A stretch of 64,000 nucleotides of DNA from positions 1-64,000 of the forward strand of contig JBDRFG010000107.1 of the NCBI GenBank assembly GCA_043819135.1. The letters run 5' to 3'. Of this stretch, positions 8,445 to 18,465 are shown one piece after another. The DNA comes from Candidatus Eiseniibacteriota bacterium. GTDB taxonomy: Bacteria > Joyebacterota > Joyebacteria > Joyebacterales > Joyebacteraceae. The notes below the pieces were generated by a model. The model made no database searches and was not told the DNA's origin. It worked only from the letters and a program-made list of their open reading frames with translations. Position 1 is the stretch's first letter, and the number at the start of each line of letters is the position of its first letter. A program made the translations under genes and the position numbers.

Positions 8445-11400
8445 ATGGCGAAGTCACCCACGGTCAAGCCCGGCACGAGATCGCTTGTGACCGGCGCCTT
8501 CCACCCGACTCTTGAGGACGCTCTCCTCGCGCACATCGAGGGTGTTGTGGAGGCCGCCCCGCTGTCGGAGGTCCCGGTGGTCGTGCCCGGCAACCTCGTG
8601 GGACGGCGACTGTCGAGGCGTCTTGCTGAGCGCACGGGCGGGCACGCCAACGTGCGCTTCATGACCATGAAGGACCTGGCCGTCTCGACGGCCGGAGCGC
8701 CTCTTCCGGGCGGACGGGCGCTGCTGCCGCCGATGGCCGACGAGGTCGCCGTCAGACGCCTCATGGACGAGGGGCTGGCGCTCGGAGGCTACTTCGAGGC
8801 GATCGCCGACAAGCCGGGACTGACCAAGGCGATCCTCGCGACGATAAGGCAACTCAAGGAGGCGTGCTACACCACTGACTCGCTGGCGGAGACCGCACGT
8901 GCCGCGGGGCTCCTGCGCAAGGGCCGTGACTGCAAGCTCACCGAACTCATCAGGATCTGGAAGTCGTACGAGAAGAGACTGGCCGAGGGAGGCTGGGCGG
9001 ATACGCTGGACGCGATGACGACCGCGGCCGAGATGCTGGAATCGGCCACGACCGCCCCCGCAATGCCTCTCGTTATCTACGGTTTCTACGACCTCAACTC
9101 GCTGCAGCGGAGGATCGTCGCGGGCTATGTGTCGCGAGCCGACGTGACGGTGTTCTTCCCCTTCCTGGAGTCCGCGAGCTTCGACTATGCCCGGCCGACG
9201 CTCGAGTGGTTCCAGGGGCTCGGTCTCACGCGCATCGACCTTCTCGCCGAGGACGCCCGGGACGTCCCTTTGCCGGCGGACGTCAGGATCATCTCGGCCC
9301 CGGGCGAGGCCCGTGAGGCGCGTGAGGACGTAAGGGAGCTCACGCGCGTTCTGGAGGAGCGCAAAGCGCCCCTTCAGAGCGCGGCCGTGCTCGCGCGGGC
9401 GCCCGACAACTACTCCGACGTTTTCCGGGACGAGCTTGCGCACATCGGAGCGCGGCCGTATCTCGAGTCGCCTCCTCCCCTCTCTCGCTCGCGATCGGGC
9501 AGAAGTCTCCTGAAGCTCGGCGACGCCGTGCAGGCGGACTTCGCCAGGGTCGAGCTGATGGAGTTCCTGAGCCTCGCTGACATCGAATCGGACGCCGCAG
9601 GGGGCGCGGCTCCAGGGAGCGCATCCGCCGGTGGCGCGGCTCCGGGAAGCGCGACCGCCGCGGACTGGAACAAGGCGACCATCCTCGCGGGCATCACCGC
9701 CGGTGCCGACGCGTGGAAGGAGCGACTGACGAGTCTGCGAACCAGGCTCGAGCACAGCGACGAGGGCCACAGATTCGCAGCCGCCCACAAGCATCTCCTG
9801 GCGCCGCTCGAGACGCTCACCCCTCTCGTCAAGGCCATAGTGGAACCGCTCTCCCGGGTGCGGGCCAGAGCGACCGTCACAGAGCACATCGACGTTCTGA
9901 CCGGCGTGTTCGAGAGGGTCACCGGCGACTCGAAAGAGAGAGAGCTCGTGCTCTCCGCGGTGTCCGGGATGCGCGCGCTCGCACCCGTCGCGGGCAAGGT
10001 GTCGTTCGCATACTTCCTTGAACTCCTCCGCGCCCACCTCGACACGTCCGCCCCCAGGGATGAGAAATCGGGCACAGACGAATCGGATTCGAGAAGCATG
10101 AAGTTCGGGGCAGGCGGCCCCACCGTCATCAACCTGATGGCCGCGCGAGGCCTGTCGTTCCCGACGGTCATCCTGCCAGGACTGGTCGAGAAGCAGTTCC
10201 CCCTCGCGCACAGACAGGACCCCATTCTGCTCGACGCCGAGAGGGAGCGCCTGAACCGCGCGAGCGGCAACCACCCCCAGAACCTGCTTCCGATACGCAG
10301 CGCCGGCGTCGACGAGGAGCGGCTGCTCTTCCACCTGGCCGTGGCATCGGCCGAGGAAGTGCTGATCCTGAGCTTCCCCAGGCTGGACCCGGCGAACGCC
10401 AGACCTCGCGTGCCATCGGCGTTCCTTCTCAGAACCCTTGAGGAACTGACCGGTGAGCGGCACGACTACGATGGTCTGGACTCGAGCGAGCACGTCACGC
10501 GGGTGTCGCTGTCCCGCCGCTTCCCCATTGATCGGAGGCGGGCGCTCACGCGGGATGAGTTCGACGGATGCTCCGTGCTGGCGGCCCTGTCGAACGGGGA
10601 CCCCTCTGAGGTCGCGTACCTCGTTCACGAGGACGGACCGCTGCCGCGCAGACTGCGGATGGAGGAGGTGCGCTGGGGCACCCCGGCCTTCACGGAATAC
10701 GACGCGGTCCTGACGTCCCCCGAAGCTGCCGAGGCGATCGCCGCCCTCTCCGGGTTCGGACCGAGCATGAAGGGCGACGAACTGACGGTGGCGCCGACCA
10801 CTCTCGAGGAGTACGCGCGATGCCCGTTCGGGTTCTTCATGGGCCACGTACTGGGTGTTGAGCCGATGGACGAGCCGGAGGAGGCGCTGCTGTTCCCACC
10901 GGTGGAGAGGGGCAGCCTCTACCACGACGTGCTCGAGCGGTTCATGAGAAAAGCGAAGTCGTCCGGGATGCTCCCGCTGTCCACCGAGGCCAGAGAGACG
11001 CTCCGGACCGTCGCGGAGCAGGTGGCCCGATCGGACAGGTGGAGCCTGGCGGGCGTGGCGGGCGCGCGCGAGCTGGCTCTGAGGAACCTCAGTACCGGCC
11101 TGTCGCTCTGGCTGGCCTCCGAGATCCTGGAGGAGTCCGCCTACGTGCCGACCTACTTCGAGGCCCGCTTCGGCGGCAGGCCGCGACCCGGCGACGACGA
11201 GGACCTCGGGAGCGAAGACGGCGTGCCGTTCGATGCCGCGGGCGGCGTCCACATCCGGTTCAGCGGGAAGATCGACAGAGTGGACGTTTCGCGGGACGGC
11301 ACGAGTGCCCGAGTGATCGACTACAAGACCGGCAAGGCGCAGCGGAAGGGCAAGAAGGTGCTCGACGCCGGTCGACGGCTGCAGCTGCCGGTCTATCTGC

Positions 11401-11729
11401 TCGCGGCCGCGGGCATGCTTCTCAAGTCGCACCCGGACGCATCGGTCGACGCGGCCGAGTACCTCTACATCGGAGGACGCGGAGGGCCGGCACGGCTCAC
11501 GCTCGAGCGGGAGGAACTGGAGGAGGCGATGGAGGACCTGCGGACGGTGGTCGCGCTGATCGTCCGAGGCGTCACGTCGGGCATGTTCTTCTCCCCTCCC
11601 GAGGACCCCGGGTGCTCGTTCTGCGACTACGCCGACGCGTGCGGCTCGACCGCCACGGTGCTGGCCGCCATGAAGAGGGGCGATCCCAGGATAGACTTCT
11701 TCACCGAGCTTCTGGGCGAGATACGCTGA
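8445..11729 (+). CDS. addB: AddB-like helicase/nuclease subunit with PD-(D/E)xK domain
   Basis: Degenerate helicase N-terminus, CPF, GKIDRVD..IDYKTG, QLPVY, Fe-S staple CSFCDYADAC. Confidence 0.85.
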   Translation: MAKSPTVKPGTRSLVTGAFHPTLEDALLAHIEGVVEAAPLSEVPVVVPGNLVGRRLSRRLAERTGGHANVRFMTMKDLAVSTAGAPLPGGRALLPPMADEVAVRRLMDEGLALGGYFEAIADKPGLTKAILATIRQLKEACYTTDSLAETARAAGLLRKGRDCKLTELIRIWKSYEKRLAEGGWADTLDAMTTAAEMLESATTAPAMPLVIYGFYDLNSLQRRIVAGYVSRADVTVFFPFLESASFDYARPTLEWFQGLGLTRIDLLAEDARDVPLPADVRIISAPGEAREAREDVRELTRVLEERKAPLQSAAVLARAPDNYSDVFRDELAHIGARPYLESPPPLSRSRSGRSLLKLGDAVQADFARVELMEFLSLADIESDAAGGAAPGSASAGGAAPGSATAADWNKATILAGITAGADAWKERLTSLRTRLEHSDEGHRFAAAHKHLLAPLETLTPLVKAIVEPLSRVRARATVTEHIDVLTGVFERVTGDSKERELVLSAVSGMRALAPVAGKVSFAYFLELLRAHLDTSAPRDEKSGTDESDSRSMKFGAGGPTVINLMAARGLSFPTVILPGLVEKQFPLAHRQDPILLDAERERLNRASGNHPQNLLPIRSAGVDEERLLFHLAVASAEEVLILSFPRLDPANARPRVPSAFLLRTLEELTGERHDYDGLDSSEHVTRVSLSRRFPIDRRRALTRDEFDGCSVLAALSNGDPSEVAYLVHEDGPLPRRLRMEEVRWGTPAFTEYDAVLTSPEAAEAIAALSGFGPSMKGDELTVAPTTLEEYARCPFGFFMGHVLGVEPMDEPEEALLFPPVERGSLYHDVLERFMRKAKSSGMLPLSTEARETLRTVAEQVARSDRWSLAGVAGARELALRNLSTGLSLWLASEILEESAYVPTYFEARFGGRPRPGDDEDLGSEDGVPFDAAGGVHIRFSGKIDRVDVSRDGTSARVIDYKTGKAQRKGKKVLDAGRRLQLPVYLLAAAGMLLKSHPDASVDAAEYLYIGGRGGPARLTLEREELEEAMEDLRTVVALIVRGVTSGMFFSPPEDPGCSFCDYADACGSTATVLAAMKRGDPRIDFFTELLGEIR

Positions 11730-11784
11730 CAGAAGGAACCAGGGCAGGCGCGATGCTGGACGGAAGGGAATCCGGACCACAGGC

Positions 11785-14700
11785 ATGAGCGACACGAGGA
11801 CGACAGCAGACGCGAAGCACAGGGCCCTGGCCAGCGGCGAGGGCGACGGCCTCAGGCACACCTACCTGGTCGAGGCGGGCGCGGGGACCGGGAAGACGAC
11901 GGTGCTCGTCAACCGCCTGCTCGCCCTTCTGCGGTCGGGAATCTCCATCTCGCGAATCGTGGCCATCACGTTCACCGAGAAGGCCGCGGGTGAGCTCAAG
12001 ATCCGTCTACGGTCCGAACTGGAGCACGCTGCCAGGAACGCGGAGGGCGAAGACGCGGAAGCACTGAACTCGGCTCTCCATCAGATCGACCGCGCGCAGG
12101 TGAACACGATCCACAGCTTCTGCTCGTCGCTCCTCAAGGAACGACCGGTCGAGGCGGGCGTCGATCCGAACTTCGGCGTCGCGGACGAGTACCGCCGCAC
12201 GGTCATGCTCGACACCGTGTGGGACGCCTGGCTCAGGGAACAGTTCTCGGAGAGCCTTCCCTCTTGCGTCGCCGAGGCCGAGGCACTGGGACACGGCCTC
12301 GACCGCATCAGGGAACTGGCGCTCAGGCTCATCGACCGCAGGGACCTTCTTCACCTGGTGCCGGGCCCCGTCGAGACAGGAGATCTCGACACCCTCACCT
12401 CAGACATGGTGGCGACCGCGGCCGCGTTCAAGAAGCTCGCGGCTACGGAGTGCACAGATCCCGAGGACCTGGCGATGGCGGAGATCGAAAGCTTCGCGGA
12501 CGAGACGGCCATGATCGAGCACCTGCCGGAGGAGACGCGGGCCGCGTATGTCCTTCGACAGATCCAGCCGCGCCCGGTCGGAAAGGGCCGGAAGGACAAC
12601 TGGGGCGAGGGGGCGCTGGCCGACATCAAGACCCGCGCCAAGGAGCTCCGCGGGCGCCAGGCCACTCTGCTCGGACGCCTATCCCACAACGCGGCCGTGG
12701 AGCTGGTCAACTGGCTGCGAGGCTACATCGAAGCGTACGAGCGGGAGAAGTCGCGCCAGGGACTGCTCGACTTCGGGGACCTGCTCGAGAAGGCGCGCGA
12801 CCTGGTCCGGGACAACCTCGACGTCAGGGCGGACTTCAAGCGCGCGTTCGACCACGTGCTCCTAGACGAGTTCCAGGACACCGACCCCCTGCAGTGCGAG
12901 ATCGCGTTCTTCCTCTGTGAGGTCGACGGCGGACGCGCTGCGGCGTGGGCAGACGTCGAGCTCAAGCCCGGCAAGCTCTTCCTCGTGGGCGACCCCAAGC
13001 AGTCCATCTACAGGTTCCGCCGGGCGGACATCGAGACGTACGAGGAGGCCAGGGCCATCGTCGGCCGCGCGGGCGAGGTGCTCGAACTGGTCGAGAACTT
13101 CAGGACGAGACCGGAGATAGTCGAGTCTGTCAACGCGGTCTTCTCGGAGATCATGCACCCGCCGGAGGACGGCAGGCGCTACCAGCCGGAGTACGCGCCG
13201 CTCTCGTCGTTCCGGGAGCGCGCGGCCGTGGGACCCGGCGTCATCGTGCTTCCGCCGGCCGGACCGCTCGACGAGATGGGCACGCCGGAGGTGCGCTCGG
13301 CGGAAGCCCGGGCCACGGCGGCGTTCATCGCCAACGCGAGGGAGACGGGCTCGCTCCGCGTCTTCGACAGGGACCTCGGAGAGTGGCGGCCCGTCGAACT
13401 GCGCGACGTGGCCGTGCTGTTTCACAACACGCTCTCCCTTGACGCCTACGAAGAGGCGTTCGGCGACTACGAACTGGACTACAGGATAGCCGGCGGCAAG
13501 AAATTCTACGCACGCCGCGAGGTGAAGGAATTCGCCACGGTCCTCACCGCCATCGAGGACCCGCACAATCTGGCCGCGGTCGTCGGCGCGCTCAGAACAC
13601 CGTTCATGGGCGCGTCCGACGAGGACATCCTCCTGCACAGATACAGGGCCGGCTCCCTGAGCTACCTTTCGAACAAGACCAGCGGAGTAGCTGCCGTCGA
13701 TGACGCGATGTCGCTTCTCCGCGGACTCCACTGCAACAGAGGCTCGCTCAGCACGCCGCAACTCATTTGGAAGCTGTTCGAACAGACCAGCATTCTGGAA
13801 CTCTTCCTGATGAAGCCCTCCGGTGAACAGCGGCACGCAAATCTGGTGAAGGTCGTGGAGATAGCGGACGACCTGACAAGGGACGGCGGTATCTCCTTCG
13901 GCGGGTTCGTTCGCTGGCTCAGGAACGTCCAGCAGCTGGCGCCGCAGGAGGCGGAGTCCCCGCTCTCAGAGGAGGGCGACGACTTCGTCCGGATGCTGAC
14001 GATCCACAAGGCCAAGGGGCTGGAGTTTCCGGTCGTTGTGCTGGCCGACCTCGCGCACCACACTCCGCGCCACGACAAGGTGATAGTCGAGCGAGAGGGC
14101 GAAGAGCGAGCCGGGCGCCTCGAGTTTGGACTGGGCTCGGAGGAGAACAGGCTAGCGACGCTCGACTACGTCGAGTTCCGGGATCTGGAGGCGCACCGCC
14201 GGGACGCCGAGCTCATCCGTCTGCTCTACGTCGGGACGACGCGCGCGCGCGACACGCTCATCGTCCCCTGGTTCGCCGGCGGCAGGAGACAGAAGGGGAA
14301 CGGCCTCCTCAAGCACCTGGAGACCCTGAAGGAGTCGGCCGGAGCGCCGGTCATCGACCTCGCTGCCGTCAGGACCGAGCCGGGACCGGTCGCGCTCGAC
14401 GCGACGGTTCTCGATCTGGACGTCAGGCACCGGCGTCCCACTCGTCTCAAGATAGAGGAGGCGGCGGCCATCGACCCGACGACCACCAACGCCGCAATGG
14501 AGAGGGACAGGTGGCTCGAGTGGCTGTCAGGGTTCGGAGACCGGCACCACGAGCCGGCCAGGATAATCACGCCGTCTTCAGCCAAGTCTGACGAGGACGT
14601 GCCATTCGTCCCGTGCGCTGACACGGCGAGATCGTCCGCGCTCCCCCCCGGCGTCACCGGCGCGCACGTCGGAACGCTGGTGCACGCCGTTATGGAGAAG

Positions 14701-15180
14701 CTCGACCTCGACCGCTCGGGCGCCGTCGCAGAGACTACTCGCGCAGTCGCCATCTCGTCAGGACTCCCCGAAGAGGCGGCGTCAGTGGCCGCGGCGATCG
14801 TCGAGGGTGCGTTCAGGAGCCCCGTCCTCGACCGTGCCCGCAGCGCGGCGCGGGTGTGGCGCGAGCTTCCCTTCTGTCTCGCACGTGACGGCGCCACGAT
14901 AGAGGGCAAAATGGACCTGGTCTTCGAGGAAGAGGACGGCCTCGTCATCGTCGACTACAAGACGGACGTGCTCGGAGACGGAGGTACGGCGGAACTCAGG
15001 GAGCGCTATCGCGGTCAGGCGGAGGCCTACGGGCTCGCTCTCGCCGCGGTGGCACGGCTGCCGGTCAAAGAGGTCGTGCTCTTCTTCATGAGGGGGCCGA
15101 AAGAAGAACCGATCCCGGTCGATGCGGACCCGGAATCGGTTGAAAGAGGTCTTGCGGCGCTCATCAGCGGCGCGGAGTGA
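11785..15180 (+). CDS. addA: AddA-like UvrD helicase-nuclease
   Basis: AGAGTGKT, TFTEKAA, DEFQDT, GDPKQSIYRFR, TIHKAKGLEF, GKMDLV..VDYKT. Confidence 0.9.
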   Translation: MSDTRTTADAKHRALASGEGDGLRHTYLVEAGAGTGKTTVLVNRLLALLRSGISISRIVAITFTEKAAGELKIRLRSELEHAARNAEGEDAEALNSALHQIDRAQVNTIHSFCSSLLKERPVEAGVDPNFGVADEYRRTVMLDTVWDAWLREQFSESLPSCVAEAEALGHGLDRIRELALRLIDRRDLLHLVPGPVETGDLDTLTSDMVATAAAFKKLAATECTDPEDLAMAEIESFADETAMIEHLPEETRAAYVLRQIQPRPVGKGRKDNWGEGALADIKTRAKELRGRQATLLGRLSHNAAVELVNWLRGYIEAYEREKSRQGLLDFGDLLEKARDLVRDNLDVRADFKRAFDHVLLDEFQDTDPLQCEIAFFLCEVDGGRAAAWADVELKPGKLFLVGDPKQSIYRFRRADIETYEEARAIVGRAGEVLELVENFRTRPEIVESVNAVFSEIMHPPEDGRRYQPEYAPLSSFRERAAVGPGVIVLPPAGPLDEMGTPEVRSAEARATAAFIANARETGSLRVFDRDLGEWRPVELRDVAVLFHNTLSLDAYEEAFGDYELDYRIAGGKKFYARREVKEFATVLTAIEDPHNLAAVVGALRTPFMGASDEDILLHRYRAGSLSYLSNKTSGVAAVDDAMSLLRGLHCNRGSLSTPQLIWKLFEQTSILELFLMKPSGEQRHANLVKVVEIADDLTRDGGISFGGFVRWLRNVQQLAPQEAESPLSEEGDDFVRMLTIHKAKGLEFPVVVLADLAHHTPRHDKVIVEREGEERAGRLEFGLGSEENRLATLDYVEFRDLEAHRRDAELIRLLYVGTTRARDTLIVPWFAGGRRQKGNGLLKHLETLKESAGAPVIDLAAVRTEPGPVALDATVLDLDVRHRRPTRLKIEEAAAIDPTTTNAAMERDRWLEWLSGFGDRHHEPARIITPSSAKSDEDVPFVPCADTARSSALPPGVTGAHVGTLVHAVMEKLDLDRSGAVAETTRAVAISSGLPEEAASVAAAIVEGAFRSPVLDRARSAARVWRELPFCLARDGATIEGKMDLVFEEEDGLVIVDYKTDVLGDGGTAELRERYRGQAEAYGLALAAVARLPVKEVVLFFMRGPKEEPIPVDADPESVERGLAALISGAE

Positions 15181-15215
15181 TTCGCCGCCTCAACGGTCGC
15201 GCGGTGATTCGTCGA

Positions 15216-16781
15216 CTAGCGCACGTACACCATCTTGACCGTGTCCTCGCCCGTGTCGGTCGTGAGCCTGGCGAAGTAGACGCCCGATGCAGCGGGAGTA
15301 CCTGAGAGCCTGCGGCCGTCCCAGACCGCCGCGCTCTCGCCCCTCGCTCGAAGCTCCGCCTCGCAACGCGCGACCAGCTTCCCCGCGGCCGAGTTGATCT
15401 CGATGCCGGCCAGTGTGGCGCCAGGTGCTATGAAACTGACCGTCGCGCTGCCGCTGAAGGGACTCGGGGAAACTCCCGTGATCCGCGGCGCGTTGAACTC
15501 GTCCTCCGGTACGCCGACCCACTACTCAAGCGCGCAGTCGAGAACGGTCCATCCCGTCGAGTCCACGACGACGTCGGTGAACGTCTGGGTGTCGTAGCCG
15601 AGGGCGGAGAACTCCACGGTGTAGGTCCCGGGTTTCAGCGGACGCCAGTAGCGTCCGTAGTCCGGGTCGGTCGTGCGCGGGGTCAGATCTCCCGACGTGT
15701 TCTCGAGAATCTTCACCTCGGCCACGACTGGCGCGCGAACGCCTGCGTCCGTGATGTGTCCCGTAAGACCCGGTCCCCCGGCCCTCTCGAGCAGGTAGTA
15801 CGAACCCGTTGATACGCGCTCGCATATGCCGTCCACCCTCTGGCCACCGGGCTGGCAGAGCTCGGACAGGATCTCCATCGTGAGCCCGATGGTCCCGACG
15901 ACCCCGTACTGCCAGTTGCGGCACTTGCCCGCGTCGGCGTAGCCGTACTGAGCAATGTAGGGCACGTCCGCCTCGGTCAGGGTCCGTGCGCACAGCTCGG
16001 TAACTATCGCGTAGATGGTGTGGTGGTCGGGCGAGAACCCCTGCAGCGGCCAGTACCACGGGTAGTAGACCAGGTCACCCGGAGAGCTTCTCGGGCTGTG
16101 GTAGTTGAGCGAGAAGAGTGGCTTGTGTTCGAGACAGAAATCGCAGATCAACTGCGTTTCGCTCTCCGAGCCCGCAGACGGACCGCGGTAGTACTCCGAG
16201 GCGGGGTTGTCGCTTCCGCCCACGTCCCAGTTGAAATCGTAGTTGTGATTGATGTCGACGCCGTCGTAATCGAGATCGAAGCCACCGTTGTCGTTGTTGT
16301 CGAACTTGTTCTTCCGCCAGACGGAGTCGATCTCAGATGTGACGATGTCGTGACCCTCGGGGTTCAGAATGGGGATGAACCATATCTCGAGGTCGTGGAT
16401 CCACTGTGTCACCGTGTCGTTGACGCCGTAGGCCGCCGTCATCTCATCTAGCATCCACATGATGACCTCTAGCCCCATGACCTCCTCGGCGTGGTGCACG
16501 CCGTTGTAGAACACGACCGGCTCGTCCTCATCGACCGACACGTTGTCCGAGAGCTTCACTCCCCAGATATCCAGTCCGTCCTGCATCGACTGTCCCAGCG
16601 TGTCGACCCTGACGATCGCGGGGTAGCCAGCGGCGAGCGCGAGGATCTCAGCGTGAACCTCTTCTTTCGTGTGGTAGCGCTCGTCGAGCGCCGGTGAGGC
16701 CGGAGCCAGAACCAGCACGATCAGTCCGGCGATCGCAAGTGAGATCGCATGGTGCAGCGCTGCCGGACGTCTCGGTCTCAT
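15216..16781 (-). pseudogene. M14 zinc carboxypeptidase with FlgD-Ig domain, interrupted by in-frame TAG at 15522-15524 (truncation or read-through)
   Basis: HAEE, NPEG, WRKN, YHS motifs. After the TAG the frame continues WVGVPEDE...SPF...WDG...ASGVYFARL...KMVYVR*. Confidence 0.7.
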
Positions 16782-16848
16782 GTGTGAACCCTCCGGATGC
16801 AGTCTCTCTCAGGAACACGTCAGATGCTCGTCGATCGGACGGTGTCTC

Positions 16849-16917
16849 CTATTTCAGCAGCACCATCTTTGCGGACGTCTCCTCCCCCAGCGCCATCAGG
16901 CGCGAGAAGTAGACTCC
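16849..16917 (-). pseudogene. Orphan 3' remnant of a FlgD-Ig/T9SS-like sorting domain
   Basis: Translates GVYFSRLMALGEETSAKMVLLK*, matching the tails of six other proteins in the window; no matching upstream part. Confidence 0.7.
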
Positions 16918-16922
16918 GCGTT

Positions 16923-18023
16923 CTACCGTGGGCGGCGTAACAGGTGGTGCTTCAGGTCGATCCTGACGACCACGAAGATCAGAAAGCCGTAGAGCACGGC
17001 CAGAACGCCCGCGAGCGGGACGTTGTATCTATCGAGGAAGAAGGTGCCTCCGGTCCCGACCTCGGGAAGCGGCGTGGGCTCCGTTGCCAGGTCGTATCGC
17101 TCGATGAAGTAGTCGGCGCTGGGCACGTGAAGCACGGGCATGCCCTTCTGAGCCATGCGTACGAGCGTCCCTCGGCGTGGGAAGTTCTTCTTGCCGAGAT
17201 TCCTCGCGAGGCCGGGGCTCAAGAGCCGGTAGACCTGCGAGCTCCCGGTGCTGGCCAGACCACCTCCGACATTGACGTAGGCCACGTATTCGGACCCGCC
17301 GGCGGCCTCCTCGTAGATCGCCATCCTCCGGGAGATGCTCTCGTCGAGCGTGGGTTCGTCGATGAGAGGAACGCCGTTCCTGACGGCCGCGCTGTCTACG
17401 AGCGCGCGCCCCTCGGGCGAGAGCCCGCGGCCGCGGTCGTCGCCGCCGCCCCGAGACGCGGCGATGGAACGGTGCTTCAACAGACCCTGCTCTACAAGAA
17501 CTGACTCCATATCGAGCCACGTGAGGTCGGGGTCGTTCGCGCCCCACATCGACGAGCCTACGGACGTGATGGTCACGGGCGTGGCGCCGAGCGTCTCTAT
17601 CGCCGAGAGCACGCAGACGTTGAGCATTGGGAACGCACCGGTGAGGGCGACCGCGACCAGGTCCCCTTCCCCGACGTGCCCGCGCTTCAAGAGCTCCACG
17701 AACACGGCGGCGAGGTTCGGGTCGAGGGCGCTGAGCTTCTGCTCGTGTGAACCTCTACTCGTTGTTATTAGTGAGAACTCGTGGCCCATCAGGCCCGTTT
17801 CGCTCGGGTCGTTGACGACGTCGATGGGACCGCCCAATCCCAGCCTCGCCTCCCTGATGGCCCCGAGCGACGAACGCGACAGCGTCGCCGCTTCCATCTT
17901 CTCGTCAAAATAACGCTGCATCGCGGGGCTCTTCGAGCGCTCCGCCACCGCAAGAAGCGCCAGCCCCACAACGGCGAGCGCCACGAGGCTCATCACGTGG
18001 ACCCTACCAGGCTGGAATTTCAA
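16923..18023 (-). CDS. pgsW: Poly-gamma-glutamate system protein (PgsW-like)
   Basis: N- and C-terminal TM helices, SVGSSMWGANDP, YVNVGGG; downstream of pgsBC. Confidence 0.8.
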   Translation of the reverse strand: MKFQPGRVHVMSLVALAVVGLALLAVAERSKSPAMQRYFDEKMEAATLSRSSLGAIREARLGLGGPIDVVNDPSETGLMGHEFSLITTSRGSHEQKLSALDPNLAAVFVELLKRGHVGEGDLVAVALTGAFPMLNVCVLSAIETLGATPVTITSVGSSMWGANDPDLTWLDMESVLVEQGLLKHRSIAASRGGGDDRGRGLSPEGRALVDSAAVRNGVPLIDEPTLDESISRRMAIYEEAAGGSEYVAYVNVGGGLASTGSSQVYRLLSPGLARNLGKKNFPRRGTLVRMAQKGMPVLHVPSADYFIERYDLATEPTPLPEVGTGGTFFLDRYNVPLAGVLAVLYGFLIFVVVRIDLKHHLLRRPR

Positions 18024-18465
18024 TCGGCACTCCTCCGACGGCGACGATGAGAACGAGTCTTACGAGGACGGCGGCCATCAGCATCGCCATCAACGTCGCG
18101 ACCGCGCCCTGCCTTTCCATCCAGTATGCGATGAGGCCCGGGATGATGTAGCCGATGGCCTCGAAGCTGACGAACTCCGGCAGCTCGGGCCGGCCGAAGA
18201 ACACCCTGGTCAGGTGTCCGCAGACGAACCCGATGAGGATGACCATTACCAGGTGCCGCTTCCCGTAGAGGAGCATCACACGACCCAGCAGGCGAACGAT
18301 GAGGAACGTGACGATCGCGGCGGCGACCGTGCCCACGACGCGCCACGGCTCGGCCATGGCCAGCGCGATGTATCCCGGTACGACCATGCCGCCCGCCGCC
18401 AGTCCGAACGCCTCCGAGAAGATGAGGCTCATCACGAGCCCGAGCCCAACCGCTGTGGGTGTCAC
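18004..18465 (-). CDS. pgsC: Poly-gamma-glutamate biosynthesis protein PgsC/CapC
   Basis: GLAAGGMVVPGYIAL, LYGKR, IGYIIPGLIA; GTGA overlap with pgsB. Confidence 0.92.
   Translation of the reverse strand: MTPTAVGLGLVMSLIFSEAFGLAAGGMVVPGYIALAMAEPWRVVGTVAAAIVTFLIVRLLGRVMLLYGKRHLVMVILIGFVCGHLTRVFFGRPELPEFVSFEAIGYIIPGLIAYWMERQGAVATLMAMLMAAVLVRLVLIVAVGGVPIEIPAW

Noticed and set aside
9594..9660. AGGAAPGSA tandem duplication in addB
   Set aside because: In-frame low-complexity loop duplication; probably neutral.
8454..11861. 1135-aa antisense ORF
   Set aside because: Shadow of addB in high-GC DNA; no recognisable motifs.
15190..15522. 110-aa ORF listed after the M14 gene
   Set aside because: Wrong frame; the recognisable domain lies in the M14 frame, ending at 15216.
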